A stretch of 64,000 nt of DNA from Candidatus Faeciplasma sp. (GCA_045660445.1 JAZRDR010000006.1:1208-65207), one strand, 5' to 3'; counted from the stretch's first letter, positions 38,923 to 50,275 are shown. The notes: generated from the sequence alone by a model not told the origin. Numbers and translations: made by a program.

Positions 38923-40449
38923 ATGAAAAAATACAGTGATCTCGAATATTTGAAGCTACCGAAATGGAAACGGTTTCTGTATACCTTTGTTTGCTTTATC
39001 GTTGCTATTCCCGATAGCATTTTAAACTTCTTCAAACACATCGGATCATACATCGCAAAGTTCTTCATTGGCATTAAAAACGAATTTGTTGATATCTTTG
39101 CAACATTCAAAAACGGCGATTGGAAAACCAAAGTTTCTTTTATTGTAATGGGCTTTGGCAGCATCGCCAGAGGGCAGGTGCTTCGCGGCTTTTTGTTTTT
39201 AGCCTTTGAAATCGTATTTATCGTTTATATGATATTCAGCGGTGTCTATTGGCTCTCGATGCTTGATACATTGGGCGACAAAGGACCCGAGGTTGCATAC
39301 GACCCGATCTATGACGCATATGCAACAACTTATAATGACAACTCGTTTAAGATCTTGCTTTACGGCGTTTTGACTCTTTTCTTCATCGTTGCTTTCATCT
39401 ATACCTGGAGACTTAACGTTAAGCAAAACAAGATCGCAGAAAATATTATCGCATCGGGCAAAAAGCTTAAAAGCTCAAAAGACGATCTTCGCTCGCTTGT
39501 TGACGATCAGTTCCACAAAACACTTTTGGCGTTGCCTATCGCAGGCATTATGATCTTCACCGTTTTGCCCATTATATTTATGATCCTTGTAGCCTTCACA
39601 AACTATGACGGCGCACACAACGGATATTCTAACAACCTGTTTACTTGGGTTGGACTTGACAACTTTAACGAGCTTTTGTCATGGTCCGCCGGCGGAGTAT
39701 CTTATACTGCAACCTTTGGCGAGGTACTCTCTTGGACTTTGATATGGGCATTCTTTGCAACCTTCACAAACTACTTCCTTGGAATGTTGGTTGCAATGAT
39801 GATAAACAAAAAAGGCATTCACTTTAAAAAATTCTGGAGAACCTGCCTTGTATTCACAATTGCAGTTCCCCAGTTCATCTCACTCTTATACGTTTCCAAG
39901 ATGTTTGCACAAAACGGTCTTGTCAACGCATTCCTTTTGGATATTGGCTTGATCGATAAGGCACTTCCCTTCTGGACTGATCCTACATGGGCGCGTGTTA
40001 GTGTTATTATCATTAACATCTGGATCGGTATTCCTTATCTTATGCTTATTGCAACGGGTATTTTAATGAACATCCCCAAGGATTTATATGAATCCGCAAA
40101 GGTTGACGGTGCAGGTCCTCTTAAGCAATATACAAAGATAACACTTCCCTATATGCTGTTTGTAACGGGTCCTTATCTTTTGACCAGCTTTACAAGCAAC
40201 ATGAACAACTTCAACGTCATTTATCTTCTTACCGGCGGCGCACCTAACTCGACACTCCCCTCTCCCGGCGGAAACCTTGGTGACACCGACCTTTTGATCA
40301 CATGGCTGTTTAAGTTGACAACATACGAAAACGCTGACTACCACATGGCATCGGTTATCGGTATCTTGGTATTCATTGTTGTAGCGTTGATCTCTCTCAT
40401 CGTCTACAATGTCCTGCCGTCTACAAGAAATGAGGAGGATTTCCAATGA
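38923..40449 (+). CDS. sugar ABC transporter permease (MalF/GanP-like)
   Basis: Start at ATG 38923 behind AGAGGGA. Polytopic, with the EAA-loop region ESAKVDGAGPLKQYTKITLP. Confidence 0.9.
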   Translation: MKKYSDLEYLKLPKWKRFLYTFVCFIVAIPDSILNFFKHIGSYIAKFFIGIKNEFVDIFATFKNGDWKTKVSFIVMGFGSIARGQVLRGFLFLAFEIVFIVYMIFSGVYWLSMLDTLGDKGPEVAYDPIYDAYATTYNDNSFKILLYGVLTLFFIVAFIYTWRLNVKQNKIAENIIASGKKLKSSKDDLRSLVDDQFHKTLLALPIAGIMIFTVLPIIFMILVAFTNYDGAHNGYSNNLFTWVGLDNFNELLSWSAGGVSYTATFGEVLSWTLIWAFFATFTNYFLGMLVAMMINKKGIHFKKFWRTCLVFTIAVPQFISLLYVSKMFAQNGLVNAFLLDIGLIDKALPFWTDPTWARVSVIIINIWIGIPYLMLIATGILMNIPKDLYESAKVDGAGPLKQYTKITLPYMLFVTGPYLLTSFTSNMNNFNVIYLLTGGAPNSTLPSPGGNLGDTDLLITWLFKLTTYENADYHMASVIGILVFIVVALISLIVYNVLPSTRNEEDFQ

Positions 40450-41342
40450 TGAAAAAGAAAAACGGACTTCCGAGCTTGCCGCCGCAGGCAAAGCGCCATA
40501 TGGGCATGAAGGCTCGAAACACAATAAGCAACACTCTCATCTATATTTTGCTTACTGCTATAACCGTTGTTTGGCTTGTGCCCTTCGTGTTCATAATCTT
40601 GCAGTCCTTCCGTGTTGAGTCTACTTACATGGTTGGCTACGTAATACCTAAGCAGTGGGGACTTGACAACTATATCAACCTTCTTAATACAGACTTCCCA
40701 AGGTGGTATTCAAACACGTTCATCACCGCTGTTATAACCTCGCTGTTGCAGACAATAATCGTTTTGTGCATGAGCTATACTTTGTCTCGCTTCCGCTTCA
40801 ACGGCAGAAAGCTTTTGATGAGATTTATGCTTATTCTGGGTATGTTCCCCGGCATGCTTACAATGATCATTTTATACCGTGTACTTAAAGACATGGGAAT
40901 GACTGAGTCAAACGCAGTTCCGGGACTTATCCTTGTTTACATTGCCTCCTCGGGCATGGGATATTACGTATCAAAGGGCTTCTTCGACACCATCCCCAAA
41001 TCCTTGGACGAGGCTGCCCGTATCGACGGTGCATCCAGACTTCAGATCTTGCAAAGAGTTATTCTTCCGCTTGCAAAACCGATCGTGATCTATACAATAC
41101 TGACCGCATTCATGGCGCCTTGGGGTGACTTCGTCTTCGCAAGATATGTTTCCATGAACGTTTCGAGCGGTATGAACGTTGCTGTTGGACTTTACAGCTG
41201 GCTTAACAAAGACATGATCGCGGGCAGATATACAATGTTCTGTGCCGGCGGCGTTGTCGTTGCACTTCCCGTAACGATCCTCTTTATGTTCTTGCAGAAG
41301 TATTACGTCGAGGGTGTAACCGGCGGTGCTGTTAAGGGATAA
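40446..41342 (+). CDS. sugar ABC transporter permease (MalG/GanQ-like)
   Basis: 298 aa. EAA loop DEAARIDGASRLQILQRVILP. ATGA overlap with the upstream permease. Confidence 0.9.
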   Translation: MMKKKNGLPSLPPQAKRHMGMKARNTISNTLIYILLTAITVVWLVPFVFIILQSFRVESTYMVGYVIPKQWGLDNYINLLNTDFPRWYSNTFITAVITSLLQTIIVLCMSYTLSRFRFNGRKLLMRFMLILGMFPGMLTMIILYRVLKDMGMTESNAVPGLILVYIASSGMGYYVSKGFFDTIPKSLDEAARIDGASRLQILQRVILPLAKPIVIYTILTAFMAPWGDFVFARYVSMNVSSGMNVAVGLYSWLNKDMIAGRYTMFCAGGVVVALPVTILFMFLQKYYVEGVTGGAVKG

Positions 41343-41363
41343 TCACGATAAGGAGGTAATATT

Positions 41364-42488
41364 ATGGCAAGCGTAAAACTTACTAACGTTAAAAAAGTTT
41401 ATGATAATAAGGTCGTTGCTGTTGATGACTTTAACTTAGAGATCAAGGACAAGGAATTTGTCGTATTCGTTGGCCCATCGGGCTGCGGAAAGAGTACAAC
41501 TTTAAGAATGATAGCAGGTCTTGAAGAGATATCCGGCGGTACTATTGAGATCGATGGCGAGATCGTTAACGATCTTCAGCCCAAGGACAGAAATATCGCA
41601 ATGGTATTCCAAAACTATGCTTTATATCCGCATATGACTGTATATGACAACATTGCTTTCTCGTTAAGAATCAAAAAGGTTCCCGAGGATGAGGTTTATA
41701 AGCGTGTTGTTCACGCAGCAGAGGTTTTGGGCATCAGCGAATATCTCTTGCGTAAGCCCCGTGCACTTTCTGGCGGACAGAGACAGCGTGTTGCTATCGG
41801 GCGAGCAATGGTTAGAGATTCAAAGGTCTTCTTGATGGACGAACCTCTTTCCAACCTCGACGCTAAATTAAGAAACCAGATGCGTGCAGAGATCATTCTT
41901 TTGCGTCAGCATCTTGACACAACATTCGTTTATGTAACTCACGATCAGACCGAAGCTATGACCTTGGGCGATCGTATCGTTATCATGAAGGACGGCTTCA
42001 TTCAGCAGATCGGCACCCCTGAAGAAGTGTTTGAAAGACCGGGTAACCTCTTCGTTGCTGAATTTATCGGCGCTCCGAAGATGAACATAATGCACACCAA
42101 GCTTGTTTTGGAAGACGGCAAATATTATGTAACTCCATTCGGCTCAAAGATCGAGGTTGACGGTGAAACCGGTGAGCTCTTGAAAGGAAAAGGCATTAGC
42201 TCAATGGACGTTATCTTGGGCGTTCGTCCCGAGCATATCACTCTTGCGACAGAGGCTTCTTTAAACACCATCAACGGCACCGTTCAGGTTAACGAAATGA
42301 TGGGAAGCGAGCTTCACTTGCACATCAATGTCGATGATAAAACATCGCTTATCGCACGCACACCAACAGTTAATCTTTCTCGTGAGGAGCGCGCACAGCT
42401 TAAAAACGGTCACCTCGTACATCTCACCTTCCCCGGCAAGGTTATGTACTTCTTCGATACCAAGACTGAAAAGAATCTTCTTTACTGA
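41364..42488 (+). CDS. sugar ABC transporter ATP-binding protein (MsmK/MalK/UgpC type)
   Basis: 374 aa. [17 protein letters not shown] and [11 protein letters not shown]. Confidence 0.9.
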   Translation: MASVKLTNVKKVYDNKVVAVDDFNLEIKDKEFVVFVGPSGCGKSTTLRMIAGLEEISGGTIEIDGEIVNDLQPKDRNIAMVFQNYALYPHMTVYDNIAFSLRIKKVPEDEVYKRVVHAAEVLGISEYLLRKPRALSGGQRQRVAIGRAMVRDSKVFLMDEPLSNLDAKLRNQMRAEIILLRQHLDTTFVYVTHDQTEAMTLGDRIVIMKDGFIQQIGTPEEVFERPGNLFVAEFIGAPKMNIMHTKLVLEDGKYYVTPFGSKIEVDGETGELLKGKGISSMDVILGVRPEHITLATEASLNTINGTVQVNEMMGSELHLHINVDDKTSLIARTPTVNLSREERAQLKNGHLVHLTFPGKVMYFFDTKTEKNLLY

Positions 42489-42494
42489 TCATAT

Positions 42495-42530
42495 AAAAGC
42501 CATATAGCGAGCTTGCTATATGGCTTTTTG
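42495..42530. terminator. bidirectional terminator
   Basis: AGCCATATAGC-gagctt-GCTATATGGCT followed by TTTT, between convergent genes. Confidence 0.7.
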
Positions 42531-42541
42531 TTATGTAAAAA

Positions 42542-43510
42542 TCAATACAGTTCGGGCAAAGTATCTTTTGTCACTGCGTTGGGGCTGTTATATATCGCTT
42601 TAAGCGCTTCCTTGGTGTTAAATTCCTCTCCAATGCAGAAGCTGTGCGACCATGTCATATAAGTTGACCATCCAACCTTTTCGCTTGCGATGGCATCAGC
42701 ATCGGGCAGGGTTCCTGTTTCTCCGATCAAAACGATCTTTGGCTCGTTAGTTATCTTCATAAGATCATAATACATTTCGTTCTGCGAGGTGTGCTGATGT
42801 GCGGGAGGGTACATATCTCTTGAGATTATGTCAACTGTGTCGTCACCGGGATAACACTCGGGCATGGGAGAGTTCCACACCCAGATGAGGTTATTCAGCT
42901 TGTGAACGTTGGTATAGCGGTCGTACATTATTCTCCACAGCTTTTTAAGGGTGTCTGGGCCTTTAACTCCCCACCAGAACCAATTGCCGTCACCCTCGTG
43001 GAAGGGTCGCCAAAGAATGGGTATCTGCTTGTCACAGAAGGGGCGCAAAATTCCCGCCATAACGTCCATATCCGAAATAAGGGCAATGTTTTCGGGAGTT
43101 CCCTCGATCACAGCCTTTGAAGCATCGAAATCGGTGTATCTTGCATAGAAAGCTTTCGATCTTCCGCCCAAAGGAGAGAACCAATGCCAAGTGAAGGTGA
43201 TAAGTCCCTTCTTTTCTGCCCATTCCCACGCTCTTTTAAGAGTGCCATAGTTTTCAACGATCTCGGTCATACACTCTTCATCGGTATCGAAATAGTTGAT
43301 GTTGGGCGAATATCCCAAAAGCTCGAATCCCAGAAGAGCAGGCTGTTTGCCTGTCACATCCTCGATATAATGAAGCTCTTCCATCCCCATAGACTGTGTG
43401 TGCTGACCTGTTACGATCTTCTCATATGTAATGTCGCTTAAATATTTCATCACATTTTTAACGCACTGCTGTGCATTCTTGTTTTGAGGGGTGTATATCT
43501 TGTCACTCAT
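42542..43510 (-). CDS. GH26 beta-mannanase
   Basis: 322 aa. WRPFHEGDGNWFWWG and LIGETG catalytic motifs. Confidence 0.9.
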   Translation of the reverse strand: MSDKIYTPQNKNAQQCVKNVMKYLSDITYEKIVTGQHTQSMGMEELHYIEDVTGKQPALLGFELLGYSPNINYFDTDEECMTEIVENYGTLKRAWEWAEKKGLITFTWHWFSPLGGRSKAFYARYTDFDASKAVIEGTPENIALISDMDVMAGILRPFCDKQIPILWRPFHEGDGNWFWWGVKGPDTLKKLWRIMYDRYTNVHKLNNLIWVWNSPMPECYPGDDTVDIISRDMYPPAHQHTSQNEMYYDLMKITNEPKIVLIGETGTLPDADAIASEKVGWSTYMTWSHSFCIGEEFNTKEALKAIYNSPNAVTKDTLPELY

Positions 43511-43696
43511 GGCAATGCCTCTCTTTCGCTTTCATTTGATCACATTATATCATAACTGATTTTATATTGAAACATCAAATCGCAAAACAAAGAAAAAATA
43601 TTCGATATTAAAGGAATATTACAGCTTTCAAAAGCGTTGACTTAATTATATTCAAGGTGTATAATCCTTACAGATAAAAATTAAGGAAGAATCATC

Positions 43697-45412
43697 ATGT
43701 TAAAACGATTTATCGGCTATTATAAGCCTCACAAATTAATGTTTACTCTTGATATGCTGGCTTCTTTGGGCATTTCGCTCATCGGCATGATATATCCCAT
43801 CATGACACGCACCATGCTTAACGACCTTATTCCCAACAAGAACTATCGAATGATAGTCATTGCAGGCTTGGGATTGCTTTTGATGTATATCGTAAGAATG
43901 CTTTTGCAGTTCTTTGTGCAATATTTCGGGCACATCATCGGCGTTAAGATGCAGGCGCAGATGAGAAGCGATATGTTTAAAAAGCTGCAGTCGCTCCCCT
44001 ATACGTACTATGACAATCACGAAACGGGCAAAATAATGTCGAGAATGACAAACGACCTTATGGACATTTCCGAGCTTGCACACCACGGCCCCGAAAACTT
44101 GTTCATCTGCTCGATAATGATAATCGGCTCGTTTGTATATCTTTGCACGATCGATTGGGTGCTTACAGTTATAATCTTTGCCTGCGTTCCGATATTGGTG
44201 TTTGTTGCAACAGTTTTGCGCAAGAACATGAGAGATGCATTCATGGAAAGCAGAACGAGCATTGCAGTTATAAACTCGGCACTTGAAAGCAGTATTTCGG
44301 GCATCCGCGTGACAAAGGCGTTCACAAACACTGCCACCGAGACTGACAAGTTTGAAAACGGCAACTCGCTTTTTGTCGAGGCTAGAAGAAAAGCATATAA
44401 AGTGATGGCGAAGTTCCATTCCTCTACCTCGTTTATCACCGACGTTTTCAACGTCATCGTTTTGATCGCAGGCGGTCTTTTCCTTTACAGCGGAAGGATC
44501 AATTTTGGCGACTATTCCACGTTCATCGTTTCCATAAACCTGTTTATCAGCCCCGTTATGACACTTATCTCGTTTATCGAGCAGTATCAAAACGGTGTTA
44601 CGGGCTTTGAACGTTTTTTGGAGATCATGGACGAAAAGCCTGAGACTGACAAGCCCGACGCCAAGCCCTTGGGCGAGGTTAAGGGAGATATCAGCTTTGA
44701 TAACGTAAGCTTTGCATATAACGACTCGAAGGAGATCATTCAAGATCTTTCGCTCGATATTAAAAAGGGACAGAAGATCGCGATGGTTGGCCCCTCAGGC
44801 GGAGGAAAGACAACACTTTGCCACCTTGTTCCCAGATTCTATGAATATGAATCGGGCAAGATCACTATTGACGGCGTTGATATTAAGGACGTAACGCTTG
44901 AATCGCTTAGACAAAACATCGGCATCGTTCAGCAGGACGTTTTCTTGTTTGACGGCACTATCGGCGAGAACATTATGTACGGCCGACCTGACGCAACTTA
45001 CGAAGAAATGCTTGAGGCTGCACGCCGTGCAAATATCGACGAATACGTTAAAACCCTCCCAGACGGTTATGATACACAGATCGGCGAGCGCGGAGTTAAG
45101 CTTTCGGGCGGACAGAAGCAGCGTTTGTCGATTGCAAGAGTATTCCTTAAAGACCCTGCAATTCTCATTTTGGACGAAGCTACAAGCGCTTTGGACAACA
45201 CCACTGAGATCCTCATTCAGGAAGCTTTGGACGAGCTTTGCAAGGGCAGAACCACACTTGTTGTTGCACACAGACTTTCTACCGTTAAAAATGCTGACAG
45301 GATCGTTGTTGTTAGCGACGGCGTTATCACCGAGGAAGGCACTCATCACGAGCTTATGGATCTTGGCGGAACCTATTCGAAGCTTTACAGCCTTCAGTTC
45401 AGAGAAGATTAA
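43697..45412 (+). CDS. ABC exporter, fused permease/ATPase (MsbA/LmrA type)
   Basis: 571 aa. Six TM helices, GPSGGGKTT, LSGGQKQR and ILILDEATSALD. Confidence 0.9.
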   Translation: MLKRFIGYYKPHKLMFTLDMLASLGISLIGMIYPIMTRTMLNDLIPNKNYRMIVIAGLGLLLMYIVRMLLQFFVQYFGHIIGVKMQAQMRSDMFKKLQSLPYTYYDNHETGKIMSRMTNDLMDISELAHHGPENLFICSIMIIGSFVYLCTIDWVLTVIIFACVPILVFVATVLRKNMRDAFMESRTSIAVINSALESSISGIRVTKAFTNTATETDKFENGNSLFVEARRKAYKVMAKFHSSTSFITDVFNVIVLIAGGLFLYSGRINFGDYSTFIVSINLFISPVMTLISFIEQYQNGVTGFERFLEIMDEKPETDKPDAKPLGEVKGDISFDNVSFAYNDSKEIIQDLSLDIKKGQKIAMVGPSGGGKTTLCHLVPRFYEYESGKITIDGVDIKDVTLESLRQNIGIVQQDVFLFDGTIGENIMYGRPDATYEEMLEAARRANIDEYVKTLPDGYDTQIGERGVKLSGGQKQRLSIARVFLKDPAILILDEATSALDNTTEILIQEALDELCKGRTTLVVAHRLSTVKNADRIVVVSDGVITEEGTHHELMDLGGTYSKLYSLQFRED

Positions 45413-45420
45413 GTGCAAAT

Positions 45421-45461
45421 AAAAAGCCATACAAGCAAGTACTTGCTTGTATGGCTTTTTT
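45421..45461 (+). terminator. rho-independent terminator
   Basis: AAAAAGCCATACAAGCAAG-ta-CTTGCTTGTATGGCTTTTTT. Confidence 0.8.
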
Positions 45462-45562
45462 AGTTTATTATATAATTATCACATTCGTGTGATGATATAT
45501 CATTAACGAATTTTAGATGGCATATGTAATTTAAGTATTAAAACAACGAAAAGGAGAACACT

Positions 45563-47383
45563 ATGGAATTCTATGTGGAGCTTAAACTTGACAGTGATGT
45601 CTATCCCGGAAATTTCTCGAACGGACTTACGCTTTGCGGCACCCACCCGCTTGAGAAAAAAGAAGAAACCGATAATGCAATTACTTATCGAAGCTATCGA
45701 GATCACACTGTTGTCTTGCACAAAAACAAGAAAGGCGAAGCATATGAGATTTCGGCCGAGTTCATCAACAAAAGCGACAATGATGTAACGCTTGAAATGA
45801 TCTCTTCCGTTGCTGTTAGAAACGTTAAGGCAGATAAGGTTCACCGTATGCTAAGCTTCTGGAGCGCAGAAGGAAAGCTTAAAACCGATTCTGTTTTGGA
45901 TCTTCACTTAGAGCCTTCTTGGAACGGATGCGGCTTGCGACTCGAAAAATTCGGAAACTGTGGCTCTATGCCCGTAAGAAGATATTTCCCCTTCGTAGTT
46001 CTCGAGGACAGCGAAAACAGCGATTTCCTGGCAATCGAGCTTTATTCCCCAACATCTTGGCAGATCGAGATTTTGCTCAATAATGATAAGACCCTTAACG
46101 TTGTCGGCGGCCTTGCAGACTATGACTTCGGTCACTGGTGTAAAAACGTTGCAAGCGGCGAAAGCTTCACAACTCCTCGTGCACTTGTGGCACAGGGAAA
46201 AACACTTATCGAGGCTTGTGACAAGCTTGTTAGGGCTCAAACCCCGAACATTTCACCTGTTGATAATAATATGGACATTATGTTCAATGATTATTGTACA
46301 ACCTGGGGTAACCCTAGCTTTGAAAACATTAAGTCTATAGCAGACAATCTTAAGGGCAAGGGCGTTAAGTATTTGGTTATTGACGCAGGCTGGTATGGAA
46401 AGCAGAACTGGTGGCAGTCCATGGGCGAATGGGAGGTTAACAACGATAAGTTCCCGAACGGACTTAAAGAGATTGCCGACTATATCCGCGAATGTGGAAT
46501 GATCCCCGGCCTTTGGTTCGAGCTTGAGGTGGTTGGATCGTTCTCTGAATACTATAACAGCGCAGAGCATCTTTTAAAGCGTAACGGAAAGATCCTAACC
46601 TCGGGTGAAAGACGCTTCTGGGACATGGAAGACCCGTGGGTAATTGAGCATCTGACGGAAAGAGTTATCAAACAACTACGAGACAATGGATTTGGATACA
46701 TAAAGATCGACTATAACGAAACTATCGGTCTCGGATGTGACGGCTATGAAAGCTTGGGCGAAGGACTTAGAAGAAAGATTAATGCTTCACAGGAATTCAT
46801 TAAAAAGCTTGGAAGAGAGGTCCCAGATATCGTTATTGAAAACTGCTCAAGCGGCGGCCACAGACTTGAACCTTCCATGATGGAGATCGTTTCACAGGCA
46901 AGCTTTTCCGACGCTCACGAGACCAAGTCAATACCGTTGATCGCTGCCAACCTGCACAGAGTTATCCCCCCTCGTCAGACACAGATCTGGGCTGTTATGC
47001 GCAGAGCCGATGACGTGCACCGCATTCACTATTCGATAGTCAATACCTTCTTTGGCAGAATGTGCTTAAGCGGCGATATTTATGATCTTTCCGACGAGAA
47101 GTGGGCACTTATTGATGAAGGAATGGCATTTTATAATCAAGCCGCTGATATCATTAAAGACGGCGTGACCGTATACTGTCACAGCACTCCCGAAAGCTAT
47201 AACGATCCCAAGGGCGAGCAGGTGCTTATAAGAAAGCTCGGCAAGCGTGAGCTTGTTATTGCGCACCGTTTTGCTCAATCGAGTGATATCTCGACAGACT
47301 TCCTTAACGGCAAAAAGGTTATTGCCGAATATGGCGATATAAGCTGCGATTTCAGCGCAAAGGCTTGGATTTTGGAAGAATAA
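45563..47383 (+). CDS. GH36-type alpha-galactosidase
   Basis: 606 aa. YLVIDAGWYG, IKIDYNE and CSSGGHR motifs. Confidence 0.75.
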   Translation: MEFYVELKLDSDVYPGNFSNGLTLCGTHPLEKKEETDNAITYRSYRDHTVVLHKNKKGEAYEISAEFINKSDNDVTLEMISSVAVRNVKADKVHRMLSFWSAEGKLKTDSVLDLHLEPSWNGCGLRLEKFGNCGSMPVRRYFPFVVLEDSENSDFLAIELYSPTSWQIEILLNNDKTLNVVGGLADYDFGHWCKNVASGESFTTPRALVAQGKTLIEACDKLVRAQTPNISPVDNNMDIMFNDYCTTWGNPSFENIKSIADNLKGKGVKYLVIDAGWYGKQNWWQSMGEWEVNNDKFPNGLKEIADYIRECGMIPGLWFELEVVGSFSEYYNSAEHLLKRNGKILTSGERRFWDMEDPWVIEHLTERVIKQLRDNGFGYIKIDYNETIGLGCDGYESLGEGLRRKINASQEFIKKLGREVPDIVIENCSSGGHRLEPSMMEIVSQASFSDAHETKSIPLIAANLHRVIPPRQTQIWAVMRRADDVHRIHYSIVNTFFGRMCLSGDIYDLSDEKWALIDEGMAFYNQAADIIKDGVTVYCHSTPESYNDPKGEQVLIRKLGKRELVIAHRFAQSSDISTDFLNGKKVIAEYGDISCDFSAKAWILEE

Positions 47384-47423
47384 AAAACAAAGGCTCTTCT
47401 TTAACGAAGGGCCTTTTTTGTTA

Positions 47424-48419
47424 TCAGAATATGCCTGCAACCTTTAAAAGATAGGATGCCAAGAACACCGTTAACGCCGAAGCAAAGGTTGTCCACACAA
47501 CAAGCTGACCGGCAAGTGTCGCATCGCCGTCCATTTCCTGGGCCATCGGAACACTTGAAACTGCAATGGGTGTTGTGAACATTGCAACAAATGCGGCAAA
47601 GTGTGCGCCGCCAAAGTGATCTTTAAACAGCAAAAATGCCGTTCCGATTCCTATAATAGGGGCAATGACTGCTCTCATCACTGTGCCAAAGATTATTTCT
47701 CTTTTAAGCTCGGAAACTGCCGAGAATTCAAACTGTGCGCCAAGCATTAAAAGTGCCAAAGGCGTTGCAAGATTGGACAGATATGTCAAAACCTTACCCA
47801 AAGGAGCAATGTCCAAAAGCCTGAACGTGATGCCAGTTTTCACGAAAATCGTTCTTATCGCCAAAGCAACAAGTCCTGCGGCAACGCCCTGAATAAGTGG
47901 GTTCTTAACTATTTCAAGCAAAACTTTTTTAACGCTTGTTTTGGTTTTAGAGTCTTTAAAAACAGAAAGGCTTATAACCGCCAAAATGTTAAAAGCAGGT
48001 ATTGCAACGGCAGACAGCAAAGAGGCAACCTTTTCGCCCTCCTCGCCAAAAAGTGCGCCTGCTAAAGGAATTCCTATAAGAGCATAGTTCGAGCGAAAAA
48101 CGCCTTGAATAAGCACTCCCCTACACCGTTTTTTATCAGTGAAAATAAACACTGCGGGAATTGCTATTGCAAAGATGACCAAGAGTACTGACAAAGCATA
48201 TCCGATATAGCCAAGGTCGATTCCTTTGATGTCCTCAATCTTATATACGTTCAAAAACAGCATCACGGGCAAGAAAACGCGGAACACAAGCTTGTTTGCC
48301 ATTTTGGCAAAGCTTTCGTTCATAAACCCCAGCTTTTTAAGAATATAGCCGATCGCAACCATTGCAATTATCGGTGCGACAGCGTTAAGTGCAAAAATTA
48401 ATGAGTCCATGATTAGCAC
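47424..48419 (-). CDS. AEC (auxin efflux carrier) family transporter
   Basis: 331 aa. About 10 TM helices in the typical AEC two-half arrangement. Confidence 0.85.
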   Translation of the reverse strand: MLIMDSLIFALNAVAPIIAMVAIGYILKKLGFMNESFAKMANKLVFRVFLPVMLFLNVYKIEDIKGIDLGYIGYALSVLLVIFAIAIPAVFIFTDKKRCRGVLIQGVFRSNYALIGIPLAGALFGEEGEKVASLLSAVAIPAFNILAVISLSVFKDSKTKTSVKKVLLEIVKNPLIQGVAAGLVALAIRTIFVKTGITFRLLDIAPLGKVLTYLSNLATPLALLMLGAQFEFSAVSELKREIIFGTVMRAVIAPIIGIGTAFLLFKDHFGGAHFAAFVAMFTTPIAVSSVPMAQEMDGDATLAGQLVVWTTFASALTVFLASYLLKVAGIF

Positions 48420-48609
48420 CTTTCAATTATAGCTTGTGACTAATTATACGCTTATATGTATAAAAATTCAACTATAATTTTTACATAAAACATCAGAATT
48501 AAAGAGCAAATATATAATTGAGCAACAAAAGCTTTATCTAATGCGCATCGAGCTGTTATGATTTTTGCAAACTAACAAGCTATCCCGAAAGGCTCATCCT
48601 TCTTTAATG

Positions 48610-48637
48610 AAAAAGCACCCTTTCGGGTGCTTTTTTT
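48610..48637 (-). terminator. terminator hairpin
   Basis: AAAAAGCACCC-tttc-GGGTGCTTTTTTT. Confidence 0.7.
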
Positions 48638-48639
48638 GT

Positions 48640-49443
48640 TTATTCAAAGTTTACTTTTACGGAACCAATGCCGTTATTAACGCTCACCTTAGACTCGCCG
48701 TCTCCGATCGTTTTATCTCCGATGATGACATCACCATCAAGTCGGAATTCTCCGATTCCCGTGGTTGCTTTGATCTTGTAATCGTCACGGCTTCCCAAAA
48801 GAACGATCTCAAGCTCGCCGATACCCGATTCGATATCGCTTTCTCCGCTAAGCTTTGCCCTTATGCTTGCTTTGCCAACACCCATTTCGGCATCGATATT
48901 GTGGATTTCTCCGTCCTTTACGATGAACTCGCCTGCTCCACCCTCAATATCCGCTTCGTTATATACTGCAAGGTAGTCTATCGTTACCTTACCTGCGCCG
49001 AGAGTGAGTTCGAAATCCTCACAAGACAATGTGCTCGCCTGAACAAAGCCTGCGCCTGTTTTTATTACGATCTTTTCGAAAACTAGTCCCGAGGGAATGG
49101 TTATGTCAAGATAGGTGTCGTCGTTTTCAACGCTTGAGTGTCTGGTTTCAATCGCAACAAGCTTGTTTCCGCGCGTTTCAACTGTGATATGCTCGTTATC
49201 TGTAACTCCCGAAAGGATATCGCCCTCTCGGATAATCACCTTTGATGCTCCGATTTCTATGTATAATATAGATTCTTCTTCACTTTCGAATATATTCTCA
49301 GCATCTGTTTTAGTCCCTGACACGCTATATCCCAGCTCAATTCCACCATCGAGCAAGGAGATAACACCACCTATTATCCCGACAATAATGAGCGCCGCCA
49401 AAGCATATGCAAAGAACTTTATTATTCTGTGAACGTTTTTCAC
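48640..49443 (-). CDS. DUF4097 (putative adhesin/beta-helix) protein with N-terminal TM anchor
   Basis: 267 aa. Repeated G.G...I motifs (GAGKVTIDYL, GGAGEFIVKDG, GVGKASIRAKL, GIGELEIVL, GIGSVKVNFE). Confidence 0.7.
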   Translation of the reverse strand: MKNVHRIIKFFAYALAALIIVGIIGGVISLLDGGIELGYSVSGTKTDAENIFESEEESILYIEIGASKVIIREGDILSGVTDNEHITVETRGNKLVAIETRHSSVENDDTYLDITIPSGLVFEKIVIKTGAGFVQASTLSCEDFELTLGAGKVTIDYLAVYNEADIEGGAGEFIVKDGEIHNIDAEMGVGKASIRAKLSGESDIESGIGELEIVLLGSRDDYKIKATTGIGEFRLDGDVIIGDKTIGDGESKVSVNNGIGSVKVNFE

Positions 49444-50135
49444 TTGATATCAACCCCTCCGAATACGCAGGTTGCGTTAACATAAACGGTGGGTGCACCC
49501 TCAATGGGTTTTGTGCTTCGCTTGGTGGAAACTCCGCCGAATACTGAACTTGAATCGACCTTCACGTTATATTCAGTGGGAACGATTATGTCCACTCCGC
49601 CAAAAACAGCGTTTGCGTTGATAACAACATCCTCGGTGATGATGGCACCGGTCAGGTCGATATCTATCCCTCCGAAAACAGCGCTTACGCCCGTGCCGCT
49701 GAAGTCCTGACCGTCAAAACGCAGCTTCTGTGCAGAAAACGTCGAATAGTATTCCTCTCTTGTGGTGTTGTTCTTATCAAGAATTATTTTAATCTCTTTT
49801 CTTGTTTTGCTTCCTATGGTGTTTTTAAGGATGACTGACACGCCAATGACAACAAGGATCGCAGGAACGATAAGCTTGCCGATAAGGTCGAAGCGCAAAA
49901 CATCTTGACATCCCAAAAGCAATACAACACCGATAAGGATTCCTATAAGATTGCCCGTTTTTTCTTTCTCGTTTATCAAGCCGATAACGCAAGGAACGAT
50001 TATAAATAGCGTCCACCAACCATCGAAGAAGATATCTATATCCGTGATGTTAAGAGCGTTAAGTCCGAATATGATTCCAAGACCTATTAAAACGATGCCC
50101 CACAAAACTGCCGTTGATTTTTTCATAAATGTCAT
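49440..50135 (-). CDS. LiaF-like membrane protein (cell-wall stress response type)
   Basis: 231 aa. N-terminal TM helices and C-terminal repeats VFGGIDIDL, VFGGVDIIV and VFGGVDIK. Confidence 0.65.
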   Translation of the reverse strand: MTFMKKSTAVLWGIVLIGLGIIFGLNALNITDIDIFFDGWWTLFIIVPCVIGLINEKEKTGNLIGILIGVVLLLGCQDVLRFDLIGKLIVPAILVVIGVSVILKNTIGSKTRKEIKIILDKNNTTREEYYSTFSAQKLRFDGQDFSGTGVSAVFGGIDIDLTGAIITEDVVINANAVFGGVDIIVPTEYNVKVDSSSVFGGVSTKRSTKPIEGAPTVYVNATCVFGGVDIK

Positions 50136-50236
50136 TCCTTTCGATATGTAGTCTATAAAAATTATACACTGTTAAAAAACTGTTTGTCAATAAATTAAAA
50201 GGAATTATCAAATGTTTTCTAACATTTTAATTGCTC

Positions 50237-50265
50237 TTGACACATGGAGACAAAACAGGTATAAT
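50237..50265 (+). promoter_or_regulatory. consensus sigma-A promoter of tRNA-Pro
   Basis: TTGACA (50237-50242), 17-nt spacer, TATAAT (50260-50265), 10 nt before the tRNA 5-prime end. Confidence 0.75.
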
Positions 50266-50275
50266 GAATTGGCAT

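Noticed and set aside
43736-45430. Long minus-strand ORFs (335 aa, 146 aa, 211 aa) and a 174-aa plus-strand alternative frame.
   Set aside because: All overlap the MsbA-type ABC exporter gene, whose Walker and signature motifs are intact. They are typical shadow ORFs of a moderately GC-rich gene.
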